DNA of 63,019 bases from Bacteroidales bacterium UBA5235 (GCA_002409145.1 DHUL01000036.1:14671-77689), one strand, 5' to 3'; counted from the stretch's first letter, positions 1 through 10,276 are shown. Program-made: numbers and translations. Notes: a model not told the origin generated them from the sequence alone.

Positions 1-977
1 ACAAGCCTTGCAGTAGCCGCAGTACGGTTCTGAAATGACGATAGCTGTTCGCCGGCTGCCTCGAGGACCTCTGTTACTGCCGATGCCATATCGCCTGCCA
101 TACCAATTATCGTGTTTTCGCATTCAAGTGTTCTTTCGATCAGGAATCCTGCAACGGCAGTAGGAGTCTTCAGAGCTTTCCATGCCACCATGTCAGTGAC
201 AGACTGGTCCTTCTCGTGCCCGATGCCAGTCAGGACAGGCAGGGGAAACTGGGTTACATGAAATGCTATCGCATAATTGTCAAACCAGCTCAGGTCTGTT
301 GTGGAGCCGCCACCCCTGATGATTGCCACTGCGTCATACCTCCATGTTTCCTCTGCAATTCTGTCAAGCGCTCCTATGACAGAGGCCTCTGTTTCTTCGC
401 CCTGCATGACTGCCTCGAAGAGAGTGGCTTTGAAAACATATCCGTAAGGATTATGAAGTAGATGATCGGTGAAGTCCTGGTACCCGGCAGCCTTTGATGA
501 GGATACAACTGCAATATTCCTTGGGTATAAGGCAAGGGGTAGTCCGGAGTTCATGGAGAGCACACCTTCGGCGGTCAGCCTGCGTATGACTGCTTCGCGG
601 CGAAGCGCCATATCACCTGCAGTGTAGGCAGGATCAATGTCTGAGATGTTCAGGCTGAGTCCGTAGAGCTCATGGTATTCGACGGTGGCCCTGAAGAGGA
701 TGATTATTCCGGCGCGAAGGGGTATGCCGGTGCTGGCATTAAACAGGGTGTTCAGTGACCTGTATTTTGATGCCCAGATGGTTGCCCGGGCCCTTGAGGT
801 GATCCTGCCGCCCGGAGTGTCACTTCCGGTGAGTTCAAGGTAACAGTGTCCTGCCGTATGAACCTTCATCTCGGCTATTTCGGCAACCACCCAGAATGCG
901 TCCGGCAGGGCTTCATAGATCTTGTCCCGGACCAGCCCGAGAAGTTCGGTCAGTGATATTTTGGCATCGTGACTCAT
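1..977 (-). CDS. xseA: Exodeoxyribonuclease VII large subunit, 5' part (gene runs off the left edge)
   Basis: This edge-truncated ORF is absent from the supplied track. My reverse-strand translation from the ATG at 977-975 reads MSHDAKISLTELLGLVRDKIYEALPDAFWVVAEIAEMKVHTAGHCYLEL...AIIRGGGSTTDLSWFDNY...LTGIGHEKDQSV, which is typical of the XseA OB-fold N-terminus and catalytic core. The start overlaps the stop of the upstream S8 gene (ATGA). Confidence 0.85.
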   Translation of the reverse strand, partial: MSHDAKISLTELLGLVRDKIYEALPDAFWVVAEIAEMKVHTAGHCYLELTGSDTPGGRITSRARATIWASKYRSLNTLFNASTGIPLRAGIIILFRATVEYHELYGLSLNISDIDPAYTAGDMALRREAVIRRLTAEGVLSMNSGLPLALYPRNIAVVSSSKAAGYQDFTDHLLHNPYGYVFKATLFEAVMQGEETEASVIGALDRIAEETWRYDAVAIIRGGGSTTDLSWFDNYAIAFHVTQFPLPVLTGIGHEKDQSVTDMVAWKALKTPTAVAGFLIERTLECENTIIGMAGDMASAVTEVLEAAGEQLSSFQNRTAATARL

Positions 978-2623
978 CTGTCTGTACGGATCATTTTAAA
1001 GACCTTCTTCTCCTTGTCTGTTACTATCCTGACAAGATAGAGACCCTGTGCCAGGCTGCCAAGCCCGTCAATCCTGAATGATCGTGCAACAAAGGTCGGG
1101 AAGTGTCTTTTCAGGACTGTGGTGCCATCTACCCCGGCTATAGTCACGGACAGTGAGCCCGGGGGCTCAAGGAACCAGAAAAGAATCTCATCAGTGAAAG
1201 GATTGGGTCCAATGCTCATTGTCACCTCAGGCCTTAATGTATGTTCATCCTCGAGAAGCCTGAGGGCTTTCAGAAAGTCAGGCAACCCGTAACCGTAAAG
1301 AGAGTCGGGTGAAGAGTACCTGTCACAGCTTTCATGGAGAGCATTGATAAGGTCAACCGGTGAGGCTTCAGGGACAGCCTGCATCAGGGAAGCAGCCAGG
1401 CCGCTGATGACGGGGCATGAAAAAGAGGTTCCGCTGCTGCTGTACCACACCCCGGGCTCGCACTGAACGGGTATTAAGACCCCCGGCGCTACCATGTCCG
1501 GTTTGACCCGGCCATCGGATGAATAACCGGCTGATGAGAAGTCGGAAATGGAGAGGTCATGGTTCAGTGCACCGATGCAAAGTACGCTGTCCCCGTCAGA
1601 GGGGGCAATTATACGGCGCCATTCCTTGATTCTCTCGTTGCCGGCGCTGTTAACAACGAGTATCCCCTTTGAGACAGCCATATCCGCTCCCATTGTAATA
1701 AAAGGTCTGTCGCCATCCATATCACTGAATGAGTAATTCATCGAAGGATCATCAAAAGCAAAGTATCCGAGGGATGAGGTTATGATGTCAGCACCGGCGC
1801 TGTCAGCATATTCCGCGGCGGCAATCCAATAGTCCTCTTCAACGGGAAACTCGGAAAAAAAGTCTTCAGTCCGGAGTAACAGATAGTCTGCTCCCGGGGC
1901 AGTGCCATTGATGATACCCGGCAACGACCCTGCAAGGATTGAAAGTACTAATGTGCCATGGTGGTAATAATCATAAACAAAGTTGCTGTCGTTAATGAAA
2001 TCATAGGTGGCAATTATGCCGCCTCTCTTTCTGAGTGGTTCAAGAGCTTCTATTTTATCAGCATTTGGGAATCCGGCATCGAGAACAGCAATTGTTATGT
2101 TGCGGCCTGTAAATCCTGACTCATGAAGCACGTTTCCGTTGAGCGGGAGCCGGGGGTCAAAGGCTTCAGGATTCGCTTGCAGTTCGGTTATGCCGTATTT
2201 GCTTCTGCTTCCTTTAACGGGGGCAAGCGGGTATTTTACCAGTCGGATGCTGTCGATAAAGGAATATTCCCGGAGTATGTCAATGTCTTTAGCCCCGGCG
2301 GCGGAGAAGAGAGCCGTGTTAAGCCACTTTGATGTGCACCTTAACCTGAAGCCCGCCCCGGTAAGCGTCCGGATATACTGGCTGCTGACAGGGATGTCAC
2401 TTTCCGTAATCAGGGGGATACCGAACTTCTCTCTTCTGGCAATTGCGGCAGGAGAAAGCAGGTCTTCAGGAGAATATTCACTGACACTGTTTGTCTTATC
2501 GCTGAACCAGACCCGGTAAAACCACAGTTCGTCATACCCCGGATATGCTTGTTGTGCCTTCGCCGGTACTATGCCTGCGAGTGCAAAAAACAGTGCTGCC
2601 AGGGCAGATGAGACTCTGTTCAT
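974..2623 (-). CDS. Secreted S8 (subtilisin-like) serine peptidase with a T9SS-type C-terminal sorting domain
   Basis: 549-aa ORF with signal peptide MNRVSSALAALFFALAGIVPAKAQQ. Catalytic triad contexts are AVLDAGF, HGTLV and SGTSFSCP. The C-terminal beta-rich ~80 aa end in GLYLVRIVTDKEKKVFKMI, as in Por/T9SS CTDs. Confidence 0.85.
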   Translation of the reverse strand: MNRVSSALAALFFALAGIVPAKAQQAYPGYDELWFYRVWFSDKTNSVSEYSPEDLLSPAAIARREKFGIPLITESDIPVSSQYIRTLTGAGFRLRCTSKWLNTALFSAAGAKDIDILREYSFIDSIRLVKYPLAPVKGSRSKYGITELQANPEAFDPRLPLNGNVLHESGFTGRNITIAVLDAGFPNADKIEALEPLRKRGGIIATYDFINDSNFVYDYYHHGTLVLSILAGSLPGIINGTAPGADYLLLRTEDFFSEFPVEEDYWIAAAEYADSAGADIITSSLGYFAFDDPSMNYSFSDMDGDRPFITMGADMAVSKGILVVNSAGNERIKEWRRIIAPSDGDSVLCIGALNHDLSISDFSSAGYSSDGRVKPDMVAPGVLIPVQCEPGVWYSSSGTSFSCPVISGLAASLMQAVPEASPVDLINALHESCDRYSSPDSLYGYGLPDFLKALRLLEDEHTLRPEVTMSIGPNPFTDEILFWFLEPPGSLSVTIAGVDGTTVLKRHFPTFVARSFRIDGLGSLAQGLYLVRIVTDKEKKVFKMIRTDR

Positions 2624-3393
2624 TTTATTACTGATCCGGTAATGTCAGTCACCTCTATTCTCCCCTTGTTCGTTTCGAGATCATCGAGGAATTTAGTCTC
2701 CTGGTCCGCCAGTTCCGGGTCAGCGGGAACGCCTTCCCTGTAGGTGATAATCTGCTTAAGGGATCCATCTTCCTTGAAAACCATCCAGTCGCCTGTCCTG
2801 TGATCCTCCTTGTACCGGCCTTCGTACTGCAGGTTGCCGTTTGGGTGGTAGTAAGAGAAGGGGCCATCAAGCCTGCCTGCCATGTATTCAGCTCTGAGGC
2901 AGACAGATCCGTCAGGGTAGAATTGCAGCCACTCTCCGCTACGTTTGCCCATATCCCACGCCACCTTCTCAGCCAGGGTGCTGTCAGGATAAAATTTTTG
3001 TGACAGTCCGTGCCTTATATCGTTGCGATAATACTCCTCACAGATGAGGTAGTGCGATTGTGTGGCTGACCAGAACTTCCAAAGTCCTTCCTTATTTCGT
3101 GCGATGTATCTGCCCTCAGCAGCTTTAAGACCGTCAGAGTAGTAAAATACTGCCATTGCCTCGTCCCTGCCGGCCATGTATGTCAGTTCTGAAAGGAGCA
3201 CACCCTCTTCGGTGTATCGCTTAAATAGTCCTGTCGGCCTGTCATCGCTGAATGTGCCCTCATACATGATCTTGCCATTGGGGTATTTTCTGACCCATGG
3301 TCCCTGTTTTTTCCCTGCTGCGTCTGTCATGTTCTGGGTCAGGGCGTTTCCTGAGAGAAGGAGGAGGGAAAGTATTATTAAGCTGGTTTTCAT
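2620..3393 (-). CDS. MORN-repeat-variant protein (YwqK-like family), secreted
   Basis: 257-aa ORF with a signal peptide and repeated G-x-W-x-x-Y-Y-x-x-G / YxNGxLxxEGxY units (GPWVRKYPNGKIMYEGTF, GEWLQFYPDGSV, GPFSYYHPNGNLQYEGRY). ATGA overlap with the downstream S8 gene. Confidence 0.7.
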   Translation of the reverse strand: MKTSLIILSLLLLSGNALTQNMTDAAGKKQGPWVRKYPNGKIMYEGTFSDDRPTGLFKRYTEEGVLLSELTYMAGRDEAMAVFYYSDGLKAAEGRYIARNKEGLWKFWSATQSHYLICEEYYRNDIRHGLSQKFYPDSTLAEKVAWDMGKRSGEWLQFYPDGSVCLRAEYMAGRLDGPFSYYHPNGNLQYEGRYKEDHRTGDWMVFKEDGSLKQIITYREGVPADPELADQETKFLDDLETNKGRIEVTDITGSVIK

Positions 3394-3454
3394 GATTTCT
3401 GACTATAGTGCAAAGATATAACCAAATAATTGGCACTGTTCGTATCCGTGATGT

Positions 3455-3492
3455 CAGAAAAGAAAGCCGCGGCAACTTTCGCTGCCACGGCT
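3455..3492 (-). terminator. Rho-independent terminator downstream of dnaK
   Basis: 10-bp GC-rich stem (AGCCGCGGCA / TGCCACGGCT, one mismatch) with an 8-nt loop, followed on the minus strand by TTTCTTTTCT. It lies 24 nt past the dnaK stop. Confidence 0.6.
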
Positions 3493-3515
3493 TTCACTGG
3501 TTATATATATGGTGT

Positions 3516-5441
3516 TTACTTGACTTCTTCGAAGTCGACGTCAGTTACCTGCTCGTCTCCGCCTTTTCCGCCGGTCTGACCGCCAGTGGGGCCTGATTGC
3601 GGGCCTGCATCAGGACCTGCCTGCTGGCCGGGACCGCCCTGGGCCTGTTTGTACATGTCCTCGGAGGCAGCCTGCCATGCGGCGTTGATCTCTGCAAGTG
3701 CACGGTCTATGGCCGTGGTGTCCCTGTTTTTATGGGCCTCGCGAAGCTGGCCGAGGGCATTATCAATTCGGCCCTTCTTGTCTGAAGGTATCTTGTCACC
3801 ATACTCCTTGAGCTGCTTTTCAGTCTGGAAGATCATGCTGTCAGCTGCGTTGATCTTATCAGCCATCTCTCTTGCTGCCTTGTCAGCCGCTTCATTGGCC
3901 TTGGCTTCTTCACGCATGCGTCGTATCTCGTCTTCCTTAAGACCTGATGAAGCCTCTATCCGTATTCTCTGTTCCCTGCCGGTGCCTTTGTCCTTGGCGG
4001 AGACATGGAGTATGCCGTTAGCGTCTATGTCGAAGGTGACCTCTATCTGCGGGATGCCGCGAGGGGCTGGCGGGATGCCGTCAAGATGGAACCGGCCGAT
4101 TGTTTTGTTGCCGGAGGCCATCGGGCGTTCACCCTGCAGCACATGTATCTCAACTGACGGCTGGCTGTCGCTGGCCGTAGTGAATGTTTCAGTCTTGCGG
4201 GTGGGGATGGTGGTGTTCGACTCGATCAGCCTGGTCATCACACCGCCCATGGTCTCAATGCCAAGCGAAAGCGGGGTGACGTCAAGAAGAAGCACATCCT
4301 TCACCTCGCCGGTGAGAACCCCCCCCTGGATGGCAGCGCCAACTGCAACCACCTCGTCAGGATTGACACCCTTCGAAGGAGTCCTGCCGAAGAACTTCTC
4401 AACAATCTGCTGGATGGCAGGTATACGGGTTGATCCGCCAACGAGAAGCACCTCGTCAATATCTGATGTCTTCATGCCGGCATCGTCCAGCGCCTTCTGG
4501 CAAGGCCCGATTACTGCATTGATAAGCTTGTCGGTCAGTTTTTCAAACTGAGCTCTTGTGAGTGTCTTGACAAGGTGTTTTGGAATACCGTTAACAGGCA
4601 TTATATAAGGGAGGTTGATCTCCGTGGTGGTGGTGCTGGAAAGCTCTATCTTGGCCTTTTCGGATGCTTCCTTCAGTCTCTGCAGGGCCATGGGGTCCTT
4701 TCGGAGGTCTATTCCTTCCTCCCTCTGGAACTCATCAGCCAGCCAGTCAATGACAAGGTTGTCAAAGTCATCGCCGCCGAGGTGGGTGTCACCGTTTGTA
4801 GACTTGACCTCGAAGACTCCGTCACCGAGCTCAAGAATTGAGATATCGAATGTACCACCACCAAGGTCGAACACAGCGATCTTGAGATCATGCGCCTTCT
4901 TGTCAAGGCCGTAAGCCAGAGAAGCTGCAGTAGGCTCGTTGATGATACGCTTGACCTTTAATCCTGCTATCTCACCGGCTTCCTTTGTAGCCTGACGCTG
5001 TGAGTCGTTGAAGTATGCCGGAACGGTAATGACAGCCTCAGTGACTTCCTGCCCGAGGTAATCCTCAGCGGTCTTCTTCATCTTCTGAAGCACGATAGCC
5101 GAGATCTCCTGCGGAGAGTAGTTGCGGTCATCAATCTTAACCCTCGGGGTGTTATTGTCACCACGGATGACCTCGTAGGTCATCTTCTTCATCTCGTTGG
5201 TAACCTCGTCATAACTTCTTCCCATGAAACGTTTGATTGATGAAACGGTTTTGCGTGGATTGGTGATGGCCTGCCTTTTTGCAGGGTCACCCACCTTGCG
5301 TTCACCGTTCTCAAGAAAAGCAACTACCGAAGGGGTAGTGCGCTTGCCTTCACTGTTGGGTATTACCACAGGCTCGTTGCCTTCCATCACTGAAACACAT
5401 GAGTTGGTGGTTCCCAGGTCAATACCGATAATTTTTCCCAT
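3516..5441 (-). CDS. dnaK: Molecular chaperone DnaK (Hsp70)
   Basis: 641-aa ORF starting [16 protein letters not shown], with DLGGGTFD and [11 protein letters not shown] motifs and a C-terminal G/P/Q-rich tail ending DVDFEEVK. Confidence 0.98.
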   Translation of the reverse strand: MGKIIGIDLGTTNSCVSVMEGNEPVVIPNSEGKRTTPSVVAFLENGERKVGDPAKRQAITNPRKTVSSIKRFMGRSYDEVTNEMKKMTYEVIRGDNNTPRVKIDDRNYSPQEISAIVLQKMKKTAEDYLGQEVTEAVITVPAYFNDSQRQATKEAGEIAGLKVKRIINEPTAASLAYGLDKKAHDLKIAVFDLGGGTFDISILELGDGVFEVKSTNGDTHLGGDDFDNLVIDWLADEFQREEGIDLRKDPMALQRLKEASEKAKIELSSTTTTEINLPYIMPVNGIPKHLVKTLTRAQFEKLTDKLINAVIGPCQKALDDAGMKTSDIDEVLLVGGSTRIPAIQQIVEKFFGRTPSKGVNPDEVVAVGAAIQGGVLTGEVKDVLLLDVTPLSLGIETMGGVMTRLIESNTTIPTRKTETFTTASDSQPSVEIHVLQGERPMASGNKTIGRFHLDGIPPAPRGIPQIEVTFDIDANGILHVSAKDKGTGREQRIRIEASSGLKEDEIRRMREEAKANEAADKAAREMADKINAADSMIFQTEKQLKEYGDKIPSDKKGRIDNALGQLREAHKNRDTTAIDRALAEINAAWQAASEDMYKQAQGGPGQQAGPDAGPQSGPTGGQTGGKGGDEQVTDVDFEEVK

Positions 5442-5677
5442 TGTTATACTGATTTATATGCTAAGTTTCTTTCTGATACTCCTCAGATGTGACAATGTTT
5501 GTGCCATAGCTTTCAGGAAAGAGTTAATATGAAATTATGTCATGGCGATGTGAAGTTGCCGGCAGTCAAATATTTCGCGAAAATGACAAAACGGCAGAAC
5601 CGGCCAAAAGAATTTGGTTTAATGGCAATCAATATTCTTATTTTGTAGCTTTGCAGGTAACAATAAAATGCGAAGAG

Positions 5678-6493
5678 ATGTCAGAACCGAAGGCCGTTAA
5701 GTTAGTAACCACCCATGTACTTTACGAGATGAAGCTGAAGGGTGAAAAGATATCGATGCTTACTGCATATGATTATTCGATGGCGAGGATCCTTGATGAG
5801 GCAGGCATCGATGTGATTCTGGTGGGAGATTCAGCGTCAAATGTGATGGCAGGTTTTGACACCACGCTGCCAATTACCCTTGACAACATGATTTATCATG
5901 CCGCTTCGGTGGTCAGAGGGGTGAAGCGGGCCCTTGTTGTAGTAGACCTGCCATTCGGCACATACCAGGGCAATTCGCGCGAAGCGCTGGCTTCAGCCAT
6001 AAGGATCATGAAAGAGACAGGGGCAAGTGCGGTCAAACTTGAGGGCGGACGTGAGATAGTTGAGTCAATTGAGCGCATCATGTCAGCGGGTATCCCTGTT
6101 ATGGGTCACCTGGGCCTGACGCCGCAGTCGATTCACAAATTCGGAACCTACGTGGTCAGGGCCCGTGATGAGGAAGAGGCAAGGAAGCTTAAGGAGGATG
6201 CAAAAATTATTGAGAAGACCGGTTGCTTTGCCATCGTGCTTGAAAAGATCCCGGCCGCTCTGGCAGGAGAGGTGGCAGAGTCATTAAAGGTGCCGGTGAT
6301 AGGTATAGGTGCCGGACCGCTGGTGGACGGGCAGGTACTGGTGCTACATGATATGCTGGGCATAAATATGGAGTTTTCGCCCAGGTTCCTGAGGAGATAC
6401 CATAACCTCCATGACGAGATAAAGGGAGCGGTGCATCATTATATAGCTGACGTGAGGTCAGGTAATTTCCCCAATGAGAAGGAGCAGTATTAG
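5678..6493 (+). CDS. panB: 3-methyl-2-oxobutanoate hydroxymethyltransferase
   Basis: The ORF is open from 5537, but family-typical sequence starts at the ATG at 5678 ([33 protein letters not shown]...VGDSASNV...KLEGG), giving the usual ~270 aa. Confidence 0.9.
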   Translation: MSEPKAVKLVTTHVLYEMKLKGEKISMLTAYDYSMARILDEAGIDVILVGDSASNVMAGFDTTLPITLDNMIYHAASVVRGVKRALVVVDLPFGTYQGNSREALASAIRIMKETGASAVKLEGGREIVESIERIMSAGIPVMGHLGLTPQSIHKFGTYVVRARDEEEARKLKEDAKIIEKTGCFAIVLEKIPAALAGEVAESLKVPVIGIGAGPLVDGQVLVLHDMLGINMEFSPRFLRRYHNLHDEIKGAVHHYIADVRSGNFPNEKEQY

Positions 6494-6501
6494 GGGATAT
6501 T

Positions 6502-6536
6502 CGATTTGCGATTTGCGATTTGCGATTTGCGAATTG
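6502..6536. repeat. Tandem heptamer array (CGATTTG)x4 plus one degenerate copy
   Basis: Direct reading: cgatttg cgatttg cgatttg cgatttg cgaattg. It starts 9 nt after the panB TAG stop. Confidence 0.95.
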
Positions 6537-6589
6537 TGGGTCCGGTGGAGGTAAAATCATGGTTAAACTGAAGTAAGAAGAAGAATGTG

Positions 6590-7276
6590 ATGCAAAAGGA
6601 TCTGCCGGAAATACTGCATGAAGACAATCACATAATCATAGTCAACAAGCGCTCATCGGACCTGGTGCAGGGCGACGGTACAGGGGATGAGTCACTTGAC
6701 AATATAGTAAGGTCATATATCAAAGACAAATACGGCAAACCCGGGGATGTGTTCCTGGGTGTGGTACACCGCCTTGACAGACCGGTCAGCGGATGTGTTG
6801 TCTATGCACGTACTTCAAAAGCGCTCACCCGCCTCAGTGAGCTCTTCAGGACACGGGATGTAAAGAAGAGCTACTGGGCCATAGTCACTGACCGGCCGCC
6901 GGCTGAAGAAGGCTCCCTGCAGAACTTTTTGAAGAAGAATGAGAAGCAGAATAAGTCATATGTTTATGATAAGGAAGTTAAAGGCTCAAAAAGCGCAGAA
7001 CTTTCATACAGGATACTGGCTCGTTCCGAGAGATACTACCTGCTTGAGATTGACCTTCTTACAGGCAGACATCACCAGATCAGGGCGCAGCTGGCTGCTG
7101 CAGGGTGCCCCATCAGGGGAGACCTGAAATACGGGGCAAAGCGTTCTAATGAGGGTGGCGGGATTTCTCTGCACTCCAGGAGGATCTCATTCATTCACCC
7201 GGTACGGAATGAGGAGATTAATGTTGTGGCACCGCTGCCTGATGACCGCATCTGGAAGCTCTTTAAAAACGTCTGA
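6590..7276 (+). CDS. RluA-family RNA pseudouridine synthase
   Basis: Contains HRLDRPVSGCVVYARTSKA (catalytic Asp motif) and GRHHQIRAQLA. The track starts at the GTG at 6587, and the adjacent in-frame ATG at 6590 is more likely. Confidence 0.85.
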   Translation: MQKDLPEILHEDNHIIIVNKRSSDLVQGDGTGDESLDNIVRSYIKDKYGKPGDVFLGVVHRLDRPVSGCVVYARTSKALTRLSELFRTRDVKKSYWAIVTDRPPAEEGSLQNFLKKNEKQNKSYVYDKEVKGSKSAELSYRILARSERYYLLEIDLLTGRHHQIRAQLAAAGCPIRGDLKYGAKRSNEGGGISLHSRRISFIHPVRNEEINVVAPLPDDRIWKLFKNV

Positions 7277-7335
7277 TAATTGCGTGCAGGGCAGACCTGG
7301 CAACACTTTTCACAGTATCAAGCCTTATTGTATTT

Positions 7336-7363
7336 AAAAAAGAGGCGCCTCTGCTGCGCCTCT
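7336..7363 (-). terminator. Rho-independent terminator for the 7440-7904 gene
   Basis: Perfect 8-bp stem AGAGGCGC/GCGCCTCT with a 7-nt loop, followed by TTTTT on the minus strand. On the plus strand no U-tract follows. Confidence 0.6.
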
Positions 7364-7439
7364 TCCCAACTTAACCTAAAACTAACCTAAATCAACCACC
7401 TGATGATTTTCCGGGCCCGGGCGGGACCGTAAGAAATGC

Positions 7440-7904
7440 TCATTTCTTCATCAGTATCTTTTTTACCTCGCTGAGTATCTTGTCAGCCTCCCCGGCTTTT
7501 TCTTTGGGAGCTCTTATGTTTACAACAACTCCGTCGACAGAAATGTTGTAAAAAACTCCTTCTTTTTCTTCCGGCATCAAGGTCATGGCCCTGCCCGGTC
7601 CTGCTCCCCAGTCCTCAATGCGTCCGGGAAGACCGGCTGATGTGGCATTCCATACCATTCTGCTCCCTTTCCCGGGTTTACGGATGATTCTTTTGCCTTC
7701 ACCCGTTTCAATTATCAGGTTGCCATCTTCGAACCTGACTGTATCACCCTCAATGACTATTGAGTCTTTTACCGGCCCGTTTTCTTCAACTGTGACAATA
7801 ACTACCTTCTTCTCAGTTTCCCTGACTTCCTGTGCTGAGAGGGTCAACGTTCCTGCGAGCAGGGTTGCCACTATTGCGGTAACTGTCGGTAATGCGTTTG
7901 TCAT
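7440..7904 (-). CDS. Hypothetical secreted protein
   Basis: 154-aa ORF with a signal peptide (MTNALPTVTAIVATLLAGTLTLSAQE). I recognise no family. It is divergent from the two-component system. Confidence 0.55.
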   Translation of the reverse strand: MTNALPTVTAIVATLLAGTLTLSAQEVRETEKKVVIVTVEENGPVKDSIVIEGDTVRFEDGNLIIETGEGKRIIRKPGKGSRMVWNATSAGLPGRIEDWGAGPGRAMTLMPEEKEGVFYNISVDGVVVNIRAPKEKAGEADKILSEVKKILMKK

Positions 7905-8034
7905 TTCCTGAACTTATTTTCTGACAGTACAAAAGTAACCCAAAAAATCCAGGGAGGGGTTAAAGTGAGGTTAAAACTGGTTAACAAAAAGTTAAAACGG
8001 ATATCGACATTATTAATATGTATAATTTTACACC

Positions 8035-9585
8035 ATGAACATGAAGAAATTCACGGGTCTGATAGTGTTGATGGTAGTATCCGTAGTGGCTATCGTATGG
8101 GTTCAGGTGACATGGATCAGCAATTCTGTCAGGGCTCAGAACGAGCAGTTTGATTTCTTTGTGATCAACAGTCTCCGCAATACCGCGCACTCCATGGAGA
8201 CGAACCGGAGAATGAATTTCCTCAATGAGATGTTCATCAGGGGATATTCAGCGCTTCCTCAGGCAATTGAGCGATCTGCATCACAGAATCCCACTGTCAG
8301 GAGCTACTCCTTCCAGAGCCAGACCACCTCAGAAAGTGATTCAGTGGAAATAATCGTGTCTGAAAATGACAACCCGCCTGTCAGGATGAAGGTCACCCGC
8401 CAGGAGGCCAGGGAAAAAATGGGCAGCAGCTTTGTGGTAGGCTCTGATGAATACATGAGGTGGATGCAGCAGCAGGCAATTGAGTTCCAGTCGATGAGCA
8501 ACCAGCTGGCATCTGAGATGTTTGTCTGGGAGAGGAACAGGGAGATAAACAAGGAGGAATTGCTGCAAACCCTGAAGGGTGAGCTGGCAGCATCAGGAAT
8601 AGAGACGCCGTTTGAATTTGCAGTCATCCGGGGCGATTCCATAATAGACGGCGTCATTGAAAGAGCGAAGAGAAAAGATTTTCTGGATAGCCCGTACAAG
8701 GTAAGCCTGTTTACCCAGGACCTGTTCAGAAGGGGAGAGATACTTTCAGTCGTCTTCCCCAGGAAAACAAACTATGTGATTGGAACCATGGGCCTGATGC
8801 TGGGTGGGTTTGGCCTGTTTCTCCTGATAATACTCTCGACCTTTGCCCTCAGCCTCTGGTTCATCATAAGGCAGAAGAAGACTTCTGAGATGCAGGCTGA
8901 CTTCATCAACAACATGACGCATGAGTTTAAAACGCCTATAGCCACGATCTCACTTGCCGCTGATACCATTGCAAACAGCCGGGTCATAACTGATGAAAAC
9001 AGGGTACGTCATTTCATCAGCATGATCAAAAAGGAGAACTCCCGGATGAACAGGCAGGTGGAGACTATCCTGCAGATCGCCACCCTTGACAAGCATGAGA
9101 TGGATTTTAAATTTGCTCCTATCGATTTACATGAAGTTATCAACCAGGCTATTGACACTATTGAGATACAGGTGACTGACAGGGGAGGTGTGGTCCGACG
9201 CTATCTCGATGCGGAAAACAGCATCATATCCGGAGACACCGAACACCTGCGCAACCTGGTGCATAACCTTCTTGACAACGCCAACAAATACTCGGAGGAG
9301 GCGCCTGACATTTCAGTGACCACACGCAGCAATGACAGCGGGATTTTCCTGATTGTGGCAGACAGGGGTATAGGAATGAGCAAGGTAGTCCAGAACAGGG
9401 TATTCGAACGATTTTACCGTGAAACTACCGGCAATATTCACAACGTTAAGGGTTTCGGGCTGGGACTTAACTACGTAAAAGCCGTTACCGATGCCCATGG
9501 AGGAACTGTTACCGTTGAGAGCGAGCAGGGGGAAGGAAGCGTTTTTACAGTATTTTTACCATTCAGGAATGAAACAAGAGCATGA
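8035..9585 (+). CDS. Sensor histidine kinase (two TM segments, HisKA + HATPase_c)
   Basis: N-terminal TM segment, ~220-aa extracytoplasmic region and second TM segment. H-box FINNMTHEFKTPIATI, N-box LLDNANKY, and G-boxes DRGIGM and GFGLGL. Confidence 0.88.
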   Translation: MNMKKFTGLIVLMVVSVVAIVWVQVTWISNSVRAQNEQFDFFVINSLRNTAHSMETNRRMNFLNEMFIRGYSALPQAIERSASQNPTVRSYSFQSQTTSESDSVEIIVSENDNPPVRMKVTRQEAREKMGSSFVVGSDEYMRWMQQQAIEFQSMSNQLASEMFVWERNREINKEELLQTLKGELAASGIETPFEFAVIRGDSIIDGVIERAKRKDFLDSPYKVSLFTQDLFRRGEILSVVFPRKTNYVIGTMGLMLGGFGLFLLIILSTFALSLWFIIRQKKTSEMQADFINNMTHEFKTPIATISLAADTIANSRVITDENRVRHFISMIKKENSRMNRQVETILQIATLDKHEMDFKFAPIDLHEVINQAIDTIEIQVTDRGGVVRRYLDAENSIISGDTEHLRNLVHNLLDNANKYSEEAPDISVTTRSNDSGIFLIVADRGIGMSKVVQNRVFERFYRETTGNIHNVKGFGLGLNYVKAVTDAHGGTVTVESEQGEGSVFTVFLPFRNETRA

Positions 9586-10274
9586 GCAGGAAGAACGCAA
9601 AGATTTTTCTGGTAGAGGATGACGTGAGCTTCGGATCGGTACTGAAATCATATCTTGAGATAAATGATTTCGAGGTTGATCTCGTAGATGACGGTAAGAT
9701 GGCTGTGGAAACATTCCGCAAAGGGGTCTATGACCTCTGCATACTCGATGTAATGCTGCCGCATGTCGACGGTTTCACAATTGCAACGGAGATCAGAGTC
9801 ATGAATTCGGTCATCCCCATTATCTTCCTTACTGCTAAGAAGCTGAAAGAGGACCTGCTGAAGGGTTATGGAGTAGGGGCCGATGATTATATTACGAAGC
9901 CTTTTGACACTGATATCCTGCTATGCAAGATCAGGGCTATCATTGCCAGGAGGGACGTTCAGGACGGGACACGCGACATATATGAGATAGGGAAATATAT
10001 TTTCAATTCGCGGTTACGCACCCTTGCGCTGGGCGACCAGGAGCGGCAGCTTTCACCCAAGGAGGGACAGTTGCTTGAGATGCTGGCCCTCTCACCCAAC
10101 GCACTGGTCAGCAGGGAGGCAGCACTCAAGAAGATATGGGGTGCAGATGATTATTTTACTGCCCGAAGCATGGATGTTTACGTCACCAAGCTGAGGAAAT
10201 ACCTGAGTGATGATCCGCAGATCGTCCTGAAAAATATTCATGGCAGCGGATTTCAGCTTGTGGTGGGAGAGTGA
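9582..10274 (+). CDS. OmpR/PhoB-type response regulator (REC + winged helix)
   Basis: IFLVEDD...LCILDVMLP...LTAK receiver motifs and a C-terminal trans_reg_C-like region (MDVYVTKLRKYL...IHGSGFQL). ATGA overlap with the kinase gene. Confidence 0.9.
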   Translation: MSRKNAKIFLVEDDVSFGSVLKSYLEINDFEVDLVDDGKMAVETFRKGVYDLCILDVMLPHVDGFTIATEIRVMNSVIPIIFLTAKKLKEDLLKGYGVGADDYITKPFDTDILLCKIRAIIARRDVQDGTRDIYEIGKYIFNSRLRTLALGDQERQLSPKEGQLLEMLALSPNALVSREAALKKIWGADDYFTARSMDVYVTKLRKYLSDDPQIVLKNIHGSGFQLVVGE

Positions 10275-10276
10275 AA

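Noticed and set aside
3586-4551. 321-aa ORF antisense to dnaK
   Set aside because: It lies entirely inside the unambiguous dnaK gene on the opposite strand. Its product is low-complexity (Ser/Ala/Leu/Pro-rich) with no recognisable motifs. Long antisense frames are a known by-product of the codon bias of Hsp70 genes.
5537-5677. 47-codon N-terminal extension of panB in the ORF track
   Set aside because: The extension ([13 protein letters not shown]...) does not resemble PanB. The ATG at 5678 gives the canonical length and N-terminus, so the region is more likely the divergent dnaK/panB promoter space.
6502-6536. CRISPR array (also considered for 10277-10365, 34108-34200, 49712-49746)
   Set aside because: The units are 7-8 nt and directly tandem, with no spacers. 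There are no cas genes in the window.
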